DNA of 64,000 bases. Origin: an uncultured Planctomycetota bacterium. GTDB taxonomy: Bacteria; Planctomycetota; Planctomycetia; Isosphaerales; Isosphaeraceae. Below are positions 30,938-41,733 of the stretch, piece after piece (position 1 is the first letter of the stretch; each line of letters starts with the position of its first letter). The position numbers and the translations under genes are program-made. The notes beneath the pieces are model-generated. The model ran no database searches and was not told where the DNA came from. It saw nothing but the letters and a program-made list of their open reading frames with translations. The stretch spans positions 1-64,000 of the forward strand of contig CAWJTV010000032.1 in assembly GCA_963845755.1 (NCBI GenBank). The letters are read 5' to 3'.

Positions 30938-32026
30938 TCAGCGCCCGACGAGATCTCTGAACTGCTTCTCGTTGATGATACAAATCGCATGACCCAGCCG
31001 GATCAACTTCTCCGCCTGGCAGAGCTTGTCCCCTTTGTGGCCATTTCTATAGTGGGGTGAACGACGGCCCTGAACGATGACATCGACCCGAGTCGAGACT
31101 TCATCGGCAACCGATCCGCCGGCCTGCCTCACCATGACCGCGGCGTCGAACCGAGGGATCGTGAGGGGACCGGTGAAGACGACAGTCTTCCCGGCGAGGC
31201 TCTCCAGGCAAGGCTCAATGTGATCAGCGTCAGCCTGGAGGGCGCGGAGCATCTCGCGGGCGTCCGGGTACCGCGACTTGCGCGGGCAAATGGCCTTGGC
31301 GATGATGCGCTTGAGGTCGTCGTCGCACGTGAGTCCCTTGAGGTCTCTCTTGCCGAGCAGGGTATGGGGATCACCCCTGAGCAGCATCCCTAACAATTGA
31401 CCCATCTGGTAGACATCGTCCGAGGGGAGGACGTAACGTTGCAATCCCTGAGCCATCCGGGTCGACACAAAATCGGGAGCGAAGGCCGAGGCGGTTGCCG
31501 CGCGTCCCGCGAGCACATGCTTGGCGATGCCAAAATCCCCGAGCTTGAGCCGTCGATTGCAGAGGAAGACATTCCTCGGCGTGATATCTCGGTGCAAGGC
31601 CCCGGCGTCGTGGAGTTGAGAGAGCAGCTTCAAGAGAGCGATGATTTCCTGTACGGCGCGCTTCTGCGACCAGGGCCTCCGTGTTGATTCCAGATGATCG
31701 TGGACCGTGCCGGATTCCACAAGTTCGGAGACCAGGCAGTAGAGCACTTCATGCCCCTTGGGATTCGGGAAGAATGGGAACGATTCGTACATCCGAATCG
31801 CCCTGTCGCTCTTCTTGAGGAGTTCACCGAAGTAGGCCTCGTGGTGCCAGCTTTTCGCATCGGTCGTCGTCTTCAGGCAGAATCCCTCGATCCGATGGTC
31901 TCGCTTGTTGAGGCGATGGGCCCGATAGGCACACCCGAATCCGCCTTCCCCCAGCATCTCCGCAACCTGGTATCGCTGGCCGGACACGGGGCTTGTGATG
32001 ATGATTCCCGACTTGAGTCTTGCCAT
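30938..32026 (-). CDS. Ser/Thr protein kinase with C-terminal BRCT domain
   Basis: GEGGFG, CLK, HRDITPRN, LGDFG, DVYQMG; BRCT LAGKTVVFTGPL...AGG.V...VSTRVDVIVQG...K...A......IINEKQF. Confidence 0.88.
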   Translation of the reverse strand: MARLKSGIIITSPVSGQRYQVAEMLGEGGFGCAYRAHRLNKRDHRIEGFCLKTTTDAKSWHHEAYFGELLKKSDRAIRMYESFPFFPNPKGHEVLYCLVSELVESGTVHDHLESTRRPWSQKRAVQEIIALLKLLSQLHDAGALHRDITPRNVFLCNRRLKLGDFGIAKHVLAGRAATASAFAPDFVSTRMAQGLQRYVLPSDDVYQMGQLLGMLLRGDPHTLLGKRDLKGLTCDDDLKRIIAKAICPRKSRYPDAREMLRALQADADHIEPCLESLAGKTVVFTGPLTIPRFDAAVMVRQAGGSVADEVSTRVDVIVQGRRSPHYRNGHKGDKLCQAEKLIRLGHAICIINEKQFRDLVGR

Positions 32027-32487
32027 GTCACATTCTCCTCGACGAGATCGATCAAGATCCCGCCCCAGGTCCGCGAATCCCTGACTTGCCTGAGATTGGA
32101 AGGGGATCTACGTTGCCCGAGAAGGATTCGGATCGGTCCAACTATTGACCGTTCGCGAACCCTGCTGTTGCCGTTTTGACCCATTTTATTGTGTCTCTCG
32201 CGTATGATCCAGAACCTTGATGATCGGATCGAGCGATCATTTCGGAAGACGGCTTGTCGAGACGCCCTGCGTACGGATGCGATCCGATCTCTGAGGGCTG
32301 CCCCCTGGCAAATCCGGCTATTCTGGATATGCTTGGGGTGATGCATCGTGGAGTCGATCGATCGGCATCCGCTGCTCAATGCGGTATCGAGCTACCGGGC
32401 GCTTTGTGCTCGCCGCGATGGGATCCGTCCCGTCTCGGTGCCGAACGATATCGACCCCGAGAGTCCCTGAAACGATCGGTTTAACTC

Positions 32488-34297
32488 ATGGCCTCAGTCG
32501 CAAGCACCTTCAGGACCGACTCCCCGTTCTTGCATGAATTGCTCGACCAGATCCATAAAGGGAGCGTTCAACTTCCCGACTTCCAGCGCGGCTGGGTCTG
32601 GGACGATGACCGCATCCGGGCCCTGATCGCCAGTATCTCGCTCTCGTATCCCATCGGTGCCGTGATGCTGATGGAGACCGGCGGGAACGGTGTGCGGTTC
32701 AAGCCGCGGCCCGTGGAAGGCGCGCCCAGGCTCGGCCGGCTGAGCCCCAGCGCCTGATCCTCGACGGTCAGCAGCGGCTAACCTCGCTCTATCTGGCCTT
32801 GCTTAGCGGCAGGCCCGTGAAGACCCAGACGGCCAAGAAGGAGCCGGTTGAGCGCGTCTACTTCCTCGACATAGCCCAGTGCCTCGATCCCGACGCCGAC
32901 CGGCTCGACGCCATCGTGTCACTCCCATCCAACCGGATGCGCAAGAGTGACTTCGATCGAAAGATCGACCTCGACGTCAGCACGGATGAGAAGGCGTACG
33001 AGATTGGTCTGTTTCCTCTCGACATCATTTTTGATTGGGAGAAATGTGCCGCTTGGCAAGAGGGTTACAGCGAGCATTTCGGCTACGACCCATCGAGATT
33101 GCGATCCTACAATAAGTTCGCGGCGACGGTCCTCAATCGGCTCCACAATTACCGCGTCCCCATCATCGAGCTCCTCCAGACCACACCCAAGGACGCTGTC
33201 TGTCAGGTCTTCGAGAATGTCAACACAGGCGGCGTCGCCCTGACGGTCTTCGAGCTGATGACCGCAACCTACGCGGCGGATGACTTCGAGCTGCGCAAGG
33301 ATTGGGAAACTCGGTCGGCTCGCATGCACAAGCACCGTCAGCTCAGGGAAGTTGATTCGGACGACTTCCTGATGGCCGTGACGCTACTGGCGACCTATCG
33401 TAGCAAGCAAGCCGACGGCAAGACGGCCGTCAGTTGCAAGCGGAAGGATGTCCTGAATCTCGGCCTCGATACGTACAGAGCTTGCGCCGACCAGATCGAG
33501 AGAGGGATGCTGCAATCGGCCAGGTTGCTGACTCGCGAGAAGGTCTTCGACAACAAGACGCTCCCCTACATCACCCAGATCGTTCCGCTGTCGGCAATCT
33601 GTGCCGTGCTCGGTTCCCGGTTCGAGGAGGATCCGATCAAGCGCCGGCTGAGCCGGTGGTACTGGTGCGGCGTCTTCGGCGAGCTGTACGGCGGTGCGAA
33701 CGAGAGCCGGTTTGCCAATGACATCCAGGATGTCCTGGCCTGGCTCGATGGGGGCGAGGAGCCACGAACGATCCGCGAATCGAACTTCGCTCCGTCCCGA
33801 CTTCTGACCCTCCAGACTCGATTGAGCGCAGCCTACAAGGGACTGATGGCCCTGCTCATGAAAGCCGGCAGCCAGGACTTCCTCAGTGGCGACCCGATCG
33901 AACTGACGAACTACTTCGATGCTGCCGTGGATATCCACCACATCTTCCCCGCGAAGCACTGCGAGGATCAGGACTATGATCGCCCGCGATGGAACAGCGT
34001 GATCAACAAGGCACCGCTCTCGGCCCGCACCAACCGGATCATCGGCGGCAAGGCTCCCAGCGAGTATCTTGGGAGCCTCGAGAAGAACCATAAAGTCAGC
34101 CCAGAGCGGCTGGACCAGATACTTCAGAGCCACCTGATCGAGCCTCACCTGATCCGAAAAAACGCCTTTGACGACTTCCTCCGCGCCGCGCCGGCCGATT
34201 ACTGGACCTTATCGAGAACGCCACCGGAAAGCCGATCCCCGGACGCGATTCCGACGAGGTCGTCAACATCTTCAGGGGAACTCTTGCCAGGGAATGA
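32488..34297 (+). CDS. GmrSD-like DUF262 protein with C-terminal HNH-like domain (frameshifts ~32745 and ~34185)
   Basis: [37 protein letters not shown]...[14 protein letters not shown]. Confidence 0.85.
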
Positions 34298-34343
34298 GCG
34301 GGCGGGTCAAGGAGAGAGCAATAAGCCGGCTCGACAGCCGTCC

Positions 34344-34469
34344 GGCGCGATCAAGCCGGGCCTGCTGGCCGACCTCGCCGCCGTCGAGGGCGACCCGACC
34401 CGCGACATCAAGGCCCTCCGGCAAGTGAAGCTCGTTATGAAAGGGGGCACGCTGTATCGGGAGCCGTAA
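34344..34469 (+). repeat. 126-bp direct repeat (attR-like), orphan amidohydrolase 3' end
   Basis: Encodes [41 protein letters not shown]. Confidence 0.95.
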
Positions 34470-34487
34470 CGGAGAAGAATACGCATT

Positions 34488-34730
34488 ATGAAGACCATCG
34501 ATTTCGCCCAAACCCAACCGGATGTCGCCCTCTTGCTCGATCAGGCACGCAACGACGATCTGATCCTCTGCCTGGCCGACGGAACGGAATTCTTGCTGGT
34601 GGCCATCGATGATTTTGATGAGATCACCCGGAACCGGAGCAATCCCAGACTGATGTTTCTCCTGGAGTCGCGGGCCAAGCAGACGGCGACTATCCCCTTG
34701 GATGAAGTCAAACGGCGGCTGGGCTTGTAA
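34488..34730 (+). CDS. Phd/YefM-like antitoxin-type small protein
   Basis: 80 aa; MKTIDF...LLDQARNDDLIL...; C-terminal IPLDEVKRRLGL; RBS GGAG. Confidence 0.6.
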   Translation: MKTIDFAQTQPDVALLLDQARNDDLILCLADGTEFLLVAIDDFDEITRNRSNPRLMFLLESRAKQTATIPLDEVKRRLGL

Positions 34731-34816
34731 GATCCTCCATTGATCCGCGCCGGCCCGCGCCGGAGAATACTCGATGGGAGTCTCCGTTCCGGCTCGCGAA
34801 TCCGCGGGGTGGTCCC

Positions 34817-35650
34817 ATGCTGTGCCAGATGTGCCTCGAAGCCGATGCGACGATCCACATGCTCGACCGACCGGCGGCCGACCGGTTTGTGGAGGCCGAC
34901 TACTGCCAGACCTGTTATCACCTCAAGTACGTCAACCCGCCGGCCAGTCGGCCCGTGCTCCCCCGGCCGCGGTTCACGATCAAGAAGCTGATGATCTTCG
35001 CCGCGGTCTTCGCCATTCCCAATACGGCCGTGGCCCTGCTCATGCGAAGCGGCCTGATCACGGGCACATCGGCCCAGATCCGCGACTGGACTCTCCAGGC
35101 TATTCTGGTCGCCAACTTCTTTTGTGGCGTCATCGCCGCTTTCATCCTCTCGCAAAATTGGCTGCAAAAGGCACAGTGGCATAAGATGACCGGCGGCCTG
35201 GTACCGATGACGCAGCCGAGAAAACTGTCCCTCAAAGAGTATCTCAAGTTGCCCCTCGTCGTCGCGTCGATCGTCTTCTGGTACCTTGCCGGCCTCTTCC
35301 TCATCGACTGGCTGACTCCCATCCTGTGGCCTGGGCGGCGGCCCGACCCTGCGTTGTCAACCTGGATTCTCTCGGCACCCTTGCTCGCGTGGGTCTGTCT
35401 GCGGCTGAAGTCGAATCGCCACGTAGTCCAGCGGGTTCGCGGTCTGTGGCGGGGCGCGTCCGGGCGCGAGCGGACTTTCCGGGCCCTAGCCCTCTCATGG
35501 TCCTTCGTGATCGTGATCGTCATGTTCAGTGAAAGCTGGATGCGCTGGTTCTCGAATCCCATCGTCTCCCTTTGCGCCCTTTCCTTGATCGCGCTGGGTG
35601 GCCAGGTGATCTTCTTCTCAGGCGCTGTCGCCGTGACCCGGCGTCGATAG
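34817..35650 (+). CDS. Membrane protein with N-terminal CxxC/CxxC zinc finger
   Basis: MLCQMCLEADATIH...YCQTCY followed by about 6 TM segments. Confidence 0.7.
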   Translation: MLCQMCLEADATIHMLDRPAADRFVEADYCQTCYHLKYVNPPASRPVLPRPRFTIKKLMIFAAVFAIPNTAVALLMRSGLITGTSAQIRDWTLQAILVANFFCGVIAAFILSQNWLQKAQWHKMTGGLVPMTQPRKLSLKEYLKLPLVVASIVFWYLAGLFLIDWLTPILWPGRRPDPALSTWILSAPLLAWVCLRLKSNRHVVQRVRGLWRGASGRERTFRALALSWSFVIVIVMFSESWMRWFSNPIVSLCALSLIALGGQVIFFSGAVAVTRRR

Positions 35651-35743
35651 CCGGCGGTCCATTCTGGAAAAACTTGGAACGATCGCCCGCGTCTCTGCAC
35701 TCATAGAGGAAACAGCAGCGACGTGGCGTGGAGGGCCGGCGGC

Positions 35744-37943
35744 ATGGCAACCGGACATCGCGGTTCTGTTATGGATTCCTTGGGGCGGCTCTTCGACTCG
35801 GGGACCGTGACGGGCTTGAGCGAGGCTCAGCTCCTGGAGCGATTCCTGGTCCATCGCGACGAGTCGGCCTTCGAGGCGATCCTCCATCGTCACGGGCCGA
35901 TGGTCCTGGGCGTCTGCCGGCGCATCCTGGACGATCCGCACGACGTCGCCGATGCCTTTCAAACCACCTTCCTGATCCTGGTCAAGAAGGCCCGGTCGAT
36001 CCGCGATCGCGACGTCCTGGGGACCTGGCTTTATGGCGTGGCCCGACGGGTCGCGGTGCGTGCCAAGGTCAACGCCCGGTGTCGTCGAACCCGCGAACGG
36101 ACCGAGGCAGAGGGGCTGGACGTGCAACAACCGCGCGGGGATCGACTCGAGGCGACCGAACTGCGAGCCCTGATCGACGACGAGTTGGAGCGGCTGCCGT
36201 CGCGATACCGCCAACCCATCATCCTCTGCGACCTCGAGGGCCAGACGCACGAACAAGCTGCGGCGCTGATCGGCTGCCCGGTCGGGACGGTCAAGAGCCG
36301 GCTGTCGCGGGGCCGCGAGCAGCTCCGGTCGCGACTGGTCCGCCGCGGCGTTGCGCCCTCCGCGGCGCTGCTGGCCTCGACGCTCGCCGCCGACGCCGCA
36401 CAGGCCGTGCCCGTCGAATGGATCAACCAGACCCTCCAGGCCGCCGTGACGCTCGCGGCCGGCAATGCCGTTGCGGCCGGGACGTTCTCGGCCGGAGTCG
36501 TGACCCTTTGGAAAGGTGTCGTTCGTTCCATGTTCCTCGCCAAGCTGAACTACGCCGCGGCCGCCGTGATGGCGGTCGCCCTCGCAACGACCGGCGTCTG
36601 GGCGCTCGTCGGCCCGAGTCCGGCGCAACCGGTTCGGGATGAAACCGTCGCGGTTCCGGCCCAGGCTCGGGTGGCCCAGGCCCCGGCTCCATCATCGGCC
36701 GCCCCCTCTGCGCCCCAGGAGCGAAACGTCGAGCGGTTCCAGCTCGACAACGGCCTGAAGGTGATCCTCCGGCCGATCCAGTTTGCCCAATCGACGGCCC
36801 TGGTCGTCGTGTACGGAATCGGCGGCGATCACGATCCCGCCGACCGATCCTGGCAGGCTCATTTCGTCGAGCATCTCTACGTGACCGCCGCGGCCGGCGA
36901 CACCAAGGCGCGGACCGCTGAGGAATTCGCCGCGCCGATACCCCGACGGAATGAATGCGCAGACCGGCGGCCGGCACACGGTCATCGCGACCGTGTGCCC
37001 GAAGCAGGACCTCGATGCCGAACTACGGGACGCCGCGGCGCGCATGAACGACCTCCGGATCGAGCCCGCCGACGTCGCTCGCGAGCGGCCCCGACTCCAC
37101 CAAGAATACGATAGCATGTTCGTGCGAATCCCGGCGCTGGCGGCCATGAACCAGGCTCGCTGGCGACTCCGGCCGGTGCCGTTGAACCCCCTGGATCTTG
37201 ATAAAGTCACGATCGATGAGCTCCGGGCCCACTGGAATCGCTATTACAAGCCGCGGAATGCGACCCTCGCCCTGGCCGGAGCCCTCGATCCGGCCGCGGC
37301 CCGCGCGGCGATCACGGCGTACTTCGGGAGCCTTCCAGGCGGCGAAGCCGCCCCCACCCCGAATGAGCCGCGCTATCAGATCTTCAGCACCACGGGGCAG
37401 ACCATCGAGTCTCCGATCCCCGGCGCCTATCCCATGGCCTGCGTCGGCTACACCGCGCCCCAGCCGGGCAGCGATCTGTACGCCCCGCTGCTGGTCCTGG
37501 TCTCGCGGCTCCTGGCCGCTGCGTCGAAACTCGGCGAGGGCGGCCCGACCGGCTCACCCGTCTATTTCGCGCCGCTGGATGACGGCACCGTCGTGGCCGT
37601 ATCGGCGAAGGTCCAGTCCGGCGAGTCCAACGACCAGGCGATCGGCCGGCTCGAGGCGTTCGTGGCCGAGACGATCGCGCCCAAACTCCGCGATAGCGAG
37701 CGGGCCGCCGCGCGGCAGCAGTTCGCGCGGCTGCTTGGGCTCGGCGACCTGCCCGACATCTTCCTGGTAGGGAACCCCTACGGCGTGGCCTTGTCGCTGG
37801 CCCGCCGCGAGCAATGGAGCCTCGACGTCGCCAAGCTCAACCGCGCGCTCGACGCCTTGACCGAGCAGGATCTCCGCCGCGCCGCCGCCGAGATCTTCGC
37901 CACGACCCACCACTCCGGATTTGTGATCAGGTACCGCAAATGA
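35744..37943 (+). CDS. ECF sigma-70 factor fused via a TM helix to an M16 (insulinase-family) peptidase (frameshift ~36935)
   Basis: Region 2 [19 protein letters not shown]...DAFQTTF, region 4 [13 protein letters not shown] segment, then LDNGLKVIL...[23 protein letters not shown]. Confidence 0.85.
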
Positions 37944-38031
37944 GACAGAGGCCCGCGCCGCGGTAAGATCACCGAAGAGACGGCAGCCACTCGAGTCCGC
38001 AGCGTGGTGCCCGATGCCGAATGATCCACCA

Positions 38032-38418
38032 TCATGCCGAAATGCGGGCGCCAGCGGGATCCCAGGTCCGGCGCGTGGCCCGAGTCTGCGTGATCGTCGC
38101 CGTCCCCACCAGGGCCAGGCCGAGGATGAGGTGGGGCACCCACACGAGATACGCGAACCCCAGCAGCCAGGGCGAGCTCGCCAGGAACAGCCCCACGAGC
38201 CCGTCCAGAATCAGATTGGCCGGCATGCCGATCAGCGGGACTACCCCCACCTCGTATTCGGTCAACAGGCTGTACACGATCACCCCGCCCCCCATCAGCA
38301 CGGGAAGCCACGTCTGCGGCCCGGCCCCGCGGCCGAGGACGAACGGCATGATCACCAGCACCAGCCCGATCAGGTAGTCTACAAACCCGTGGATTCGCGT
38401 CGGCACGATGCCAAACAT
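38032..38418 (-). CDS. SPW-repeat small membrane protein
   Basis: PTRIHGFVDY...YSLLTEYE...LASSPWLLGF. Confidence 0.8.
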   Translation of the reverse strand: MFGIVPTRIHGFVDYLIGLVLVIMPFVLGRGAGPQTWLPVLMGGGVIVYSLLTEYEVGVVPLIGMPANLILDGLVGLFLASSPWLLGFAYLVWVPHLILGLALVGTATITQTRATRRTWDPAGARISA

Positions 38419-38551
38419 GGGTATCCTCGCTCTCGGGAATTCTGATCGTCATGGCATCCAGTTTGTCGGTGTGAGGGGCGTTGGTCCAGAGCAGGTTGGC
38501 GGCATGGGCGTGGAATGCGAGCACTACCCAGTCCCGGCCGACTTCTCGGCG

Positions 38552-41504
38552 TCAACGTTTCGACTTGTGATGCGCGGGGAGAGGGTGACCCGCGGCCAGC
38601 TCCTTCAACTTCGACCGCCATGCGGCGGCCTTCTCGGGCTGGCCCCAAGACTCGTAGAGTTCGCAGACCTCTTCGCAGGCCCCGACGACGAGGTGCCCGG
38701 CGAGCAATTGCGGGATCTGGGCCTCGCGGGCCTTGAGTCCCTCGTACCCCTGGATCAGCCACGGCTCGGCATCGGCATATTTCTTCTGTCCGAACAGCGC
38801 AGTGCCGATCAGCGCGTGGGCATGGGACGTCTCCCAGTCCCCCGGCCGCGCCTTTTGTAAGATCGCCAGGCCCTCCCGTAAGATGGGTTCGGCGTCGGAA
38901 TAATGCTCGCCCACGATCAGATAGTCCCCCACTCTGACCATCTCCTTGCCGTACTCGGCGGATTTTGGCCGGGGCTTCTTCCGCTCCGCCGCTAGCCACT
39001 TCCGCCGCCAGAGCATCGACTCGTCGTGCTCCCCCAGTTCTTCCAGGCAGCGACATAAGTGACCGACAATTTGACCGGCCTGCTCGTGGGTGAACTCCAG
39101 CTTCTCGAGTCCTGCCACCGCCTGATGCCACAGGGCCAGTGCCGGTTTCACCTTCCCGGCGCCATGGTACGCCTGGGCGAGGTTGTCCAGCGTATGAATG
39201 GTGTGCGGGTGATAGGCACCGAGAAGCTTCACACGCGCGTCCCTCACCTGCTCGGCCAGGGCGATGGCCTCGTCCGTGCGGCCGAAGGCCCGGTACTTCC
39301 CGGCTAGATTGTCGAGGACGTTCAGGGTCAGCGGATGGTCCATCCCGAATTTCGGCACGACCGCGTCCCGGGCCTGCTCGAACAGGGCGACGGACCGCTT
39401 CATCTGGCCGACCGATTGGCAGGCGAACGCCAGAAGTCCCAGGGAACGGAGGGCGACGGGGTGGTCCGGTCCGAGCTTCTTCGCCCGGACATCCCGTACC
39501 TCCTCGAGTAGCTCGATGGCCTCGTTCCCCCTGCCGGCACCCACATACGCATCGGCCAGAGATTCGAGGGCGGCCAGGGTCAGGTCATGATCTCCGCCGA
39601 GCCTCGCGACCCGGACGTCACGGACTCGCTCCAGCAAGGCGATTGCCTCGTCCGGCCTCCGGCTCCTCGAGTACATCAAGGCCAGGTCCCTCTCGGTGTT
39701 GAGGGTGTCCGGGTGTTCGCCGCCGAGGTGCTTCGCCTGAGTGTCCCGGACTCGCTCCAGCAGGGCGATCGCCTCGTCCGGCCTCCCGGCGGAGTCGAAG
39801 GCCAGGGCCAGGCTATACAGACTGGCCAGCGTGAGTTGATGGTCGGCTCCGAGGTGGGCTTTGCGGGTCGCGGAGGCTTTCGCGAATAGCGACTCGGCCT
39901 GGGCGGCTCGACCCAGGCCCAGGTGGGTCCGGCCCAGCCGATCCTGCAACTTGGCCATGACCAGAGGGTCGCCGATCGCCTCGCCGTCCAGTTCGGCGGC
40001 CGCCCGGTCCAGGCGGTCACCCAGGATCGCCCGCAGGGGCCGACCCTCCTTTTCCTCCGCCTCGGGATCGAGTTCTTCGAAGATCGAGCCGAGGACGGCG
40101 ATCCCTTTCTCGATCTGGTCGAGGCAGCCGCTCGGCCATCTCCTTGGCCTGCCGCTCGTTCCGGGCGCGCGCCGCCTCCGACCGCCGCGCCGCCTCGGCC
40201 TGCACCAGCCCGACCGTCGTCCCGACGATGCCGCCGGCCAGCAGGAGAACGATGGTCGATGCCGCCAGGACCGGGCCCCGGTACCGCCGCAGGAACTTCC
40301 TGAGCCGATAAGCGGTCGAGGGGGGCGAGGCCTCCACCGGCTCGTCATGCAGATAACGCTGGATATCCCGGGCCAGGCCGCTCGGCGTCTCGTACCGCCG
40401 CGTCCGGTCTTTTTCCAGGGCCTTCATCACGATCCAGTCGAGCTCGCCGCGCACTATCTTGGCCAGCTTCGCCGGCTCGGTCCCCCGCCGTGCCGCGATC
40501 GACGCCGTCTCCTCCGTCGTCAACAACCGAGTGCTCGGCCTGGGCGGATCCTCCTCACGGATCCGGCGCAGCATCTCCGTGAACGCCGCGCCCCGCAGTC
40601 GCTGCCGTTCCAGGGGCGTGCTGCCGGTCAACAGCTCGTAGAGCAGGACGCCCAGCGAGTAGATGTCGCTCCGGGTGTCGATGTCCCGGCCGCTCATCTG
40701 CGCCTGCTCGGGGCTCATGTACTCCGGAGTGCCCACGATCGCGCCGAGCTGCGTGAAGAGCGTCCGCTCGGTCAGGCGCTGGTCGATCGCCTTGGCCACG
40801 CCGAAATCGATCACCTTGGGAAGCGGCCTGCCGTCGTGGAGGGTCACCAGGACATTCGACGGCTTGATATCCCGGTGGATGATCCCCTTCTGGTGCGCGT
40901 GCTGGATCGCCTGGCAGACCGACATGAAGAGCTCCAGCCGCTCCTTCGCGGTCAGCCGGCCCTGGTCGCAATAATCGGTGATCGGCACGCCGCTGACCAG
41001 CTCCATGACGAAGAACGGCCGGCCGCTGTCGGTCGTGCCGGCGTCGAGGACCTTGGCGATATGGTTGTGGTCCATCAGGGCCAGGGCCTGGCGCTCGGCC
41101 TCGAACCGGGCGACGACCAGGGCCGTGTCCATCCCCGGCTTGATGACCTTCAAGGCTACTTTGCGCCGGACGGGCGTCTCCTGCTCGGCCAGGAAGACGA
41201 CGCCCATGCCCCCTTCGCCGATCGACTGGAGGAGTTTGTAGGGCCCGATACGAGTGCCAGGCCCCTCGGTGATCGGCCGGGGCGTGGGCTGGCCGACGGC
41301 GAGCGCGACATCGTGGTGAGTGCTGGGTCCCGGGCCATGGACGGGCGGATCGAGCAGGTCGCCCGACTGCTCGTGGGCTCTCAGCAGGGCCTCGACGCGG
41401 CGGCGGAGCTCGGGGTCGCCGGTACAGGCCGCCTCCAGATAGGCGGCGCGCTCGCTCGACGTGGACTTCTCCAACGCGGCGTCGAAGATCGATTCCTCAC
41501 TCAC
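38552..41504 (-). CDS. Ser/Thr kinase with TM segment and TPR repeats (frameshift ~40130)
   Basis: [32 protein letters not shown]; kinesin-light-chain-like TPRs (LGxDHPxTL). Confidence 0.92.
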
Positions 41505-41733
41505 GGCCGGCCTCCACTCGAGAGATCGACATCGATCACAGCCCCAATGTACCGTTTGTTACCGCGAGTTTCAGCGATATTTCGAAATCGCGGGCGCTCG
41601 CGACCGGTCATCATGGGAAGTCGGGGCCGCGCCGGGATTCTCCTGGGAGGTCGAGGCTCCGTCCAGACCCCTTTCCGGGTCCGGCTCGCACGGAGCCTCG
41701 CGCGTCCCCAAACCCTCGACGCTCGACGCCCGC

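Larger units (their letters stand above)
28033..34343. mobile_element. Genomic island without an integrase, carrying defence-like cargo
   Basis: Bounded by the 126-bp repeat; visibly more AT-rich than the flanks; cargo is ATPase operon, kinase-BRCT and DUF262. Confidence 0.75.

Noticed and set aside
28033..34343. Integron cassette array or prophage as an explanation for the island
   Set aside because: No attC-like repeats between genes, no integrase and no phage genes; the genes are in both orientations.
34185..34469. Apparent DUF262-amidohydrolase C-terminal fusion in the ORF track (32799..34469)
   Set aside because: Artefact of a frameshift near 34185. The natural DUF262 end is in another frame (stop at 34297), and the tail is the duplicated repeat.
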